Below the pieces are notes generated by a model, which made no database searches, was not told the DNA's origin, and was given only the letters and a program-made list of their open reading frames with translations. A program made the translations under genes and the position numbers. Of a DNA stretch of 64,000 nucleotides, positions 56,265 to 64,000 are shown piece by piece. Origin of the DNA: the human T2T-CHM13v2.0 reference genome, Homo sapiens. The DNA lies in NCBI RefSeq assembly GCF_009914755.1, contig NC_060928.1. One strand, 5' to 3'. Each line of letters opens with the position of its first letter. The stretch's first letter is position 1.

Positions 56265-57793
56265 ATGCTGAAAGTCACTGACACATGTTTTCAAGCTAGC
56301 TTTGCCTTAATGTAAATCTAGTCTTCTTTTAACTCTGACTCTAATATGTTGCTAAACATTTCTGATTCATTACTTCCCCACAGTCATCGGTTCCTGTGTG
56401 TTAATACAATTCCACTATCATCTCTAAGATTATTTTCTAAGCCTTTGAGACTTAATTTGAATATTTGGGTACAGACGCTTTTGATGTTCATATATTCACA
56501 AACACAAATATGTCTTTATCATCAGACCAAAGTAAATGTGTAATGTCATGATTTATAAGACACATCCAGTTTTAAATATAACAACATGTGAAAATGTACA
56601 TCTTAGTATCAATGAAGCATAGAATTTATTTTATTAAATAAATTTATTAGAGTATCCTAAATTCTAACATATAAACTGGCAATAGACATTCTCATTAACA
56701 TTTTAAGGGAAGCATAATGGCAACTGAAATTACTTGTAACTATTCAAAGTGAATTCAAATTGACTTAGAAATGGAAACAATAAGATGGAAATGAAAGAAA
56801 CGTGCAATAGCAAAGTTAATTAATCAGTTGAGGAAGAAAAAATTAGCATTCTCTTGGTGGAAAAATATGAATCAGCAATATGTAGAACAACTTAAGAATA
56901 TTCCAAAACAGAAAAGCAAAACAGTTTATGAATAAGGACTTGCCTAACATTGAGTCTTCTTTCACACTGATTCTTGCTTTTTTTCACTTTCTGAAAATGA
57001 GCTTCTTCCTTTTGGACTATAGACTTGCTTCTTCATCACAGGGAGAGGAAGGGGGACTTACCTGCTGATGGTCCTATGCTCACACCATCCATTTGTAAAA
57101 TGTTTACTGCACACATTTCACCACTTACAGTAAACTAGAAGTTTCTTTCTATGGAATGACGTTAAGAAATTTGAACTGCATCATTTTCCTAACTTTGAGT
57201 CATATAAATCTGGTTCTACAGTATATTACCTCACTTTAAAAACAAAGGTTGTGATCAAATAAGTTAAGAAACTGCATTTTAAAACTCTTTGAATATTTAA
57301 AGAGCATGTTAAATATACAGAGAACTCACATAGTGAAAAAGAAACCTGTTTAAGGTTGTTCAATTCTTAAATATTTCTGCAAAGAAAAGCTTATTTCTCT
57401 GCTCAATAATGAACAGTTTTCTCTTGATTCTGGTCTGGTTCTTGCTTCTCTAGCAAAAAGAAAATATTCTTTTCTAAGTTATGTTGTACTCTGAAAAAAA
57501 GCAAACAAAAACTAAAACAATTATTTAAATGATGGAGAAAGGTTAATTATCTCGTTTTGCTCATACCGATACCAATATCTTATATTTAACAGGTGGAAAC
57601 AAGTAAAATCTATCTAAGAGAGAATTATGTAATAGTAGCTGGAGGTACTATTTAACTCAGGACTTCAAAAAGCACAAGGTGACTGTCGAGAATAACTTAA
57701 TTTGCACAATTAAGTAAAAGAAAATATAAGAGTATAATTTGTCTTCTAGGTCTCTCTATCCCATGACCATGAAGTAATTTCCTGTTCTTTAAA

Positions 57794-57999
57794 TTTATTA
57801 TTTATTTATTTTTATAACATCAACTTTTATATTAGATCTAAAGGTACACATGCAGGTTTGTTACATGGGTATATTGCATGATGCTGAGGTTGAGGATACT
57901 GATCCCATCACCCAGTTAATGAGCACAGGACTCAATAGATAGTTTTTCAATCCATGTCCCCTCTCTGCCTCCGCCATCTAGTAGTCCACGGTTTCCACT
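57794..57999 (-). mobile_element. Short L1PA15/16-like 3' end
   Basis: ggtacacatgcaggtttgttacatgggtatattgcatgatgctgaggtt..atcccatcaccca. Confidence 0.88.
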
Positions 58000-58289
58000 A
58001 TGGGCCTCTCCAGGATTTATTACTGGTAATTCACTGTCCTTTAAATATCCCCTCTTACTCCTGGAAGTACCCACACATTGCTTCACCACATGCCTATAAC
58101 CTGGTCTTTCAGCTCAGCGGGGTCCTACAGGACATCCACACTCTTGCTTTTCTCATGATCTAGTCTCAGCTTGTGAGTGAACACTGCCAATGAAGCTACC
58201 AGCAGAGATACAGCCCTCTCTGCTATTATTGCAACATAGTCCACACCCACGATGCTGCCAAGGTGGCCTTAATGTCTTTCTCAGGAGGA

Positions 58290-58798
58290 CTAAACTTTAG
58301 AGAGCCTTCTTCCTGTCTCTAGGCCTTGACCTCCAGTTTCTTAGAGCATTTATTTTAGAACATTTATAATTGTGAGTTATTTTTCTGTCCTATTGAGATG
58401 TAAATCTTTTTAAAAACTTCCTTCCAGTTTTATAGCTCACAGATGTCTTCCTTAAGGACCCGAGAGCCATCTTTGAAACATAAGTATCAAGTCAGATAGC
58501 ACACCTATCTTTCAGTTTACGTGACAAGGTAAGAGCCTAACTTTGGTGGGTTCCTTGCTTTGAGTTGTAAAAGTACTTTTATCACAAAAATATGAAAAGC
58601 TTTGCTTTGAGTAATGTAAATTAGCAAACACAGATAGCCTGTGTTCCCTCTCACTTCAGCACTTAAGAATCTTCCCAATCATTGCTTCAGTAGAGTTGAG
58701 TGCGGATTTAGTTCTGATCTCTCTCTCCCCCATTGTAATAGTGTTGAATAAAATCTTCCTCAACTGTTTGAGAAAGTCCAATTTTTGTTTTGGTAACA
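58290..58798 (+). mobile_element. MER34-family ERV1 LTR (5' boundary uncertain)
   Basis: ttagagcatttattttagaa..ttgagatgtaaatct..aaggacccgagagccatc..aattagcaaacacagat..gagttgag..ttgaataaaatcttcct..aca. Confidence 0.75.
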
Positions 58799-61615
58799 CT
58801 GTCTCTGGGTTTTCCCAGATATTTACATTATCTTGGCACAAGTGCTTTCATGCAAGAATAACACAACTGCCTCCAAACCACTTCCTGACTCAGTCAACTG
58901 GGTCCCAAAGTATCTCTGCTTGTACTACTGCTCACACAAGCTTTTCTGGGGTAGTTTCGTTAGTTTCCGGACATTAACCTTTGCCTAAAATCTTACCAAG
59001 TCCTGCTTTAAAAAATGAATTCTCCAGTTTCTGGCATTCAGATTTTTAACTGTAGAAGCTGAAGTGTTAAGGGGCCTTAAAATAAATAGATACAGTGTAG
59101 TACTCTTCTTTTCCATTTACCTTTGAAACTTCCCACTTCTATCTAAAAATGTAGCTGTAGGTGGAACAATAAGGTGTATTGCCAGGATAATTTGCACATC
59201 TGGGTGCCAAGTTAGCAAAAATATCCTCTATCACTCATTTCTATAAGGTGAAGTAACTAGCCTATAAAATGAGTTCTGGTTGCTGTTTGTAAATATTTAT
59301 TAGAGTTCTTGAGTCTGCAACTTCTGCTTTAGAAAAGAAGATGTTTCATATTTTAAAATTGAATATGGAAATGTAAAAATATTCATTTTTGTAAAAATTA
59401 TTAGTTTATCGCACTAAAATTAGAGTTTGACCTAAGGTTGCTCTTCCTTAAGCAATTTCTTGCATCTGAAAGTTCAATTCAATTCCAGAATAAACCCAGT
59501 GATTCTTACAAATGCAACTTCTTACATTAGTAATATATAAAATTCCATTATTTACATCTTAATTTCAAAGTATGATTTTAATTATTATAAACAGAACTTA
59601 CTGTATTGGTGGTGCTTACCACCAATACAGTAAATAGGTGTAAATAGGTTGTTAAAAGTGTTTCTATTAATAAAATTTCAAATAACAATAACAAAAATTG
59701 GTGTGAAAATTAAAATGACACAAGGGCTAACATCCATTGAGAGAAAGGCCTATTAAGGAAGTCACTTTTAAGAGGCCAAAATATAGTTGAATTTGTTCTT
59801 GATTTCAACTATCCTGACCTGTAGTGTAGAATCTTTTTTAATCTTACATGAGAATTTACTAAAAAAACTAAAAATACTTTTGCACAATATCGCATATGCT
59901 TGCAAATAAACCTATTTAATGGGAAATAAAATTTAGCATTTACATAAATATTTTAAGTTATTTTATACATGCTTTACCTGGAAATTTGGCATATATGTAT
60001 ATATTACATATATATCATATACATTTTTCTAATGTATATAACATGTATATAGCATTGTAACTAACGTTTATACAAATTTTTTCTGTATAATAGATAGATT
60101 TTCTGTTTCTAACATTGTAAACATACCCATTAAAATAGAAATGAGTTCTTTAGTCTAAATTTAAATTATTTATAGTTCTGTACCTCTGAATTATGATGTA
60201 AAGTTTTCTTTCCAACAAATGAGTCTCATTTTTATACACTTCACTGCTCTACATCTCAATACAGCCTGAATCTTATTGCTTTTCTGAATATGACATTGAT
60301 AGGAACTAAGGAAGTAACAGAAGAAGCAATATTACAATTTAAGTTTAACATGAAAAACACATTTTGGTGGAATGTTGCACTATGGTAACTGGATATTCAA
60401 GTACAAAGACATTTATCCAGTCTAAATTATTTTTCACGAACTCCAATATCACCTTTTGGAATTGCTGAAATCAACTTTATAAGCGCCGTAGAAACCAGAC
60501 ACTCATATCATTTTCAAAAAAACAGAAAAAAATCAACAAGAAAAAAAGAGTTCCAGTCAATAACTGAAGCCCATTAACTTTTTCTCTCATAATTATTTTA
60601 CCTTTGTTCCAGCCATGTCTGTGAAAATTGTCATGTCCTAAGCCTCAAGCTCGTATAGGCTATACAAGCAATTCTTGCTATGACCTATTCTAGTTCATAG
60701 TTTCAGTACAGCTCATAAACTGTTTACCAGTAACCTCTAGGGTTGGTGTAGATATGAACAGAGTAAAGAATAAAACTGTTTGCTCTTTCCCACTGGAAAC
60801 CATCCTAATTAAACAGTAAACAAAAAATGTGTTTGATTCTACTCATGGTTATGCCTTTGTTCTATTTATATTGGAATCTATCCATGGTATATGAAACACC
60901 ACCACCAAAAACAACAGCTAAGGAAGATGGGAAAGCCATACATAGAATTATTTTTGTCTCCTGGATATTTTTTTACAAAATTTTGTGTCCTTCTGGAAGT
61001 TCCTTCCACTCACTCACTATTATTAAATTCAGCTTCAGGTCCTGCAGTAAGCATGTTATAGGCAGTATCCTCACAACATCTCATACCATGTTTTATTTTA
61101 TTTTGGTTTTCATTTTATAATTAAGAAAATGAAAACTCAGGAATCACTGAGTTTCTGACTCCAAAAGCAAACACTTAAAAGTTTGCCTTAGAAGAGTTCT
61201 CTATATATCAATATACACTACTTGAGTGAATACTATATGCTAGGGGATGGATTCAGGAACATTAGAAGACAAGAGCTCTTAACTCAGAAATATTAGAATT
61301 TATTTTCCTCACAAATTAAATGAGAATAATTGTACTAGATTTTCTCATCTCATGACTTAGCAGGGAAGGACACTGTTCTCATTTTTATGTATTTTTTTTG
61401 AAGTTAAGTGTCATATATCTACAATGTGATGTTTTAATAGCAATAATAATAATAATAATAATATTTAACTTATGTCAATTCCAGAAATATTAACTGGTTA
61501 ATGAACTATAAAAATACATACAATGAGACAGACATAAGCTTGTAAATGCTGATTTCTTTTGTGTAGAAGAAATTAGATTATATAGAATAATACAATTATT
61601 AACTCTTTCACTCTT

Positions 61616-61989
61616 CGTATTAGTCCATTTTCATACTGCTGTGAAGAAATACTTCAGACTGAGTAATTTATAAGGAAAAAGAGGTCTAATGGACTCACAG
61701 TTCCATGTGGCTTGGGAGGCTTCACAATCATGGCGGAAAGCAAAGGAGGAGCAAAGGAGGAGCAAAGGCATGTCTTACATGGTGGCAGACAAGAGAAGTG
61801 TTCAGGGAAACCACCCCTTATAATACCATCAGATCCAATGAGATTTATTCACTGTTATGAGAACAGCATGGGAAAAACCTGCCCCCATTATCCAATTACC
61901 TCCCACTGGGTCCCTCCCAGAATATGTGGGGATTACAAAAGCTACCATTCAAGATGAGATTTAGGTGGGAACACAGCCAAACCATATCA
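61616..61989 (-). mobile_element. Solo THE1 (THE1C/B-like) LTR
   Basis: gtattagtccattttcatactgct...acacagccaaaccatatca is the reverse complement of a THE1 LTR; contains an extra gagcaaaggag unit. Confidence 0.93.
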
Positions 61990-62889
61990 AAACTTTACAA
62001 AGCTCAGAACTACAACCTAAAATTACAAACATTTAGAAAAGAAAACTTCTAAATAGCAGTACCATGTGTCTCAGAGTCTGTGCATTTTAGCCTTAATGAA
62101 AGCTTTCTTCATGAAAGCTCATAAAAACTTACTCACAGCTGAGTCATCTATCTTTCACAAAATTATAAGAAATTTGACCAGTTTGTTTCTCAATTAGAAG
62201 CAAATAGTGCACAGACAGTAAATGACATTCAAAAAATTGTTACTTCAGTGTTAATAGTGCTAATAAATATAAAATGAAAGCTGACAATTATGGGCCAAAC
62301 AAAATACAGAATTCTAATAATCTGACAGGAATTAACCTAAATTGAAGTAAACATATATAACTAAATATCCTAATGTAAAAACCTGTCCTATTATATTTTT
62401 TAAACCAATAATGGCCATAATGGTGGACTCAAATGGTTGAACTTTTCTTAATATGTTTTTCTTAAGTTAAAGATAGCCAGCAATGAAAATATATTTTCAT
62501 CAAAGTTCTGACTTGTACGGATTTCTTAAAATAGCTTGCAAAATCATTTATTCCATAAGAAAATTGAATTTGTTTAAAAGGAGCTTATGAAAAACACATG
62601 AATTGATTTGGATCAATTAGGTCATTTTCAAATAGAGAAAATATTATTCTTTAATATTCAAACTCATAACATAGCCCTAAAAAAGACCCTGTTTCTGAAA
62701 TTATGGAGCAAAGTCTATGACATAACTATTGAGGTAGATAGAATCTTTAAAATAAGATACCTTTGATCAAAATTAAAAGAACCAGAAAAGAATAACTAAA
62801 TAATACTTTTTTAGTTGTAAAGTTTGCATATATTCTTTTTAGTCTTACACATTTGCATTAATTTTATCCCTTCTTCCATTAAGTTGTAT

Positions 62890-63230
62890 CCTACTTTTTT
62901 CCTCAATAAATAGGTATATTGACCTCTTACTATGTTGCAGAAACTTTTCCAAGTCTATAATACAGTACTGAGAAGGCAAATGTATCTCTGCTCTCCAAAG
63001 TTTACAATTGTAATCAGATATATCAGAAAATAACAAGTGCTAATGTGAAAATAAAGCATCTGAGGAGATAGAAAAGAGAGTATCAAAGGAATATTTCAGA
63101 TTTCACTATACATTCTTTCTGAGCCTGTAATGTTTAAGCTGAGGCCAAAATGAAAAGAAATAGCCAGGCTTGCAGAGTCAGTGGTAAAGAATTTCAGGAA
63201 GGAAGCAGTTACATCTTTGCCGATTGAATA
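62890..63230 (-). mobile_element. L2 fragment
   Basis: caataaataggtatattgacctcttactatgttgcaga..tttaagctgaggccaaaatgaaaagaaatagccagg..gaatttcaggaaggaagcag. Confidence 0.65.
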
Positions 63231-63231
63231 G

Positions 63232-63410
63232 CTTTCCTCTTTCCTTTCCTTATTACACTGGCTAGAACTTCTGAAATGCTAAATAAAAATAGCAAAAGCA
63301 GACATCTGGTCCTGTTCCTGCTCTTAGGGGTGAAATGTTCAATTTTTTACCGTTATGTATAAGATTAACTATGTATATTCATAGATGTTCTAAAACAACC
63401 TCTGTTAAGA
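63232..63410 (-). mobile_element. Old L1M ORF2 fragment
   Basis: ccttattacactggctagaacttc..gacatctggtcctgttcctgctcttaggggtgaaatgttcaatttt. Confidence 0.75.
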
Positions 63411-63563
63411 TCCTTCTTTCCCTCCCTCCATTCCTCCCTTCCTTCCTCCCTCCCTCCTTCCTTCCTTTCTTCCACTCTCCCTCGCTTCCTTCTTTCCTTC
63501 CTTCCTTTTCTTTCCTTCTTTCTCTTCCTTCCTTCCTTCCTTCCTTCCTTCCTTCCTTCCTTC

Positions 63564-63618
<55 letters not shown>

Positions 63619-63681
63619 TCATCTTTCTTTCTTTCTTTCTTTCTCTTTCCATCTTTCTTTCTTTCCTTCCTTTTTCTTTTT
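63411..63681. repeat. Polypyrimidine compound microsatellite (TTCC)n(TTTC)n
   Basis: ~270 bp that is almost entirely C/T on the + strand. Confidence 0.97.
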
Positions 63682-63694
63682 ATTTGATCCATAT

Positions 63695-64000
63695 TTTCTT
63701 GTGAGTTTTTGAACTTCTTTAAGAGGATTATTCTAAATTCTTTTTTCAAACATTTCATAGATCTTCAGCTCTTCTGGGTTCATTAGTGGAGCTTTGTTGA
63801 TGTCATATGTCCCTGAATTTTCAGCCTTTCAATTTTTACTTTGAAGCCTGTGTTTCTGACAAGATGGTTAACATTTTCCGGCTTTCTCGGGTACTCTTTG
63901 GTGGTGTTAGACCTTTTCTACTTAATATAAGAACTTAATATCCGGCCTGATGTTGCTTCATGTTCTGGGGTGGACTTAGACTAAGTACTGTAACTAAAAC
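63695..64000 (-). mobile_element. Probable old L1M ORF1/5' region fragment
   Basis: ttgaacttctttaagaggattattctaaattctttt..cttctgggttcattagtggagctttgttg. Confidence 0.5.

Noticed and set aside
63335-63758. ORFs rich in KERK or FLPS
   Set aside because: Translation of the (TTCC)/(TTTC) microsatellite.

Overview
AT-rich, CpG-poor simian primate DNA (human-like; intergenic or deep intronic), mostly made of interspersed repeats. I find no credible cellular protein-coding exon, tRNA, rRNA or CRISPR array; the ORF-track entries that resemble proteins come from L1, Alu, THE1 or microsatellites. Main contents: a full-length but inactivated L1PA7-like LINE-1 (13681-20180), a complete THE1B MaLR provirus nested inside an AluJ together with a later AluS (39501-42321), a 5'-deleted MER57-like ERV1 with an env remnant (51099-56264), an inverted old L1PA, about a dozen Alus, and many MIR, L2, MLT and MER relics. 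I do not see a new biological system. The most unusual signals are locally generated inverted repeats: a MADE1 (miR-548-type) element with a perfect 56-bp palindrome, a 64-bp-stem hairpin in the ERV, and 26-bp and 16-bp perfect inverted repeats. Also notable are a near-identical nested 100/16-bp tandem repeat, an open ORF0 homologue in the L1, and a three-layer insertion whose order can be read from its TSDs. Subfamily names come from recalled consensus sequences and need RepeatMasker/Dfam confirmation; boundaries of old elements are approximate.
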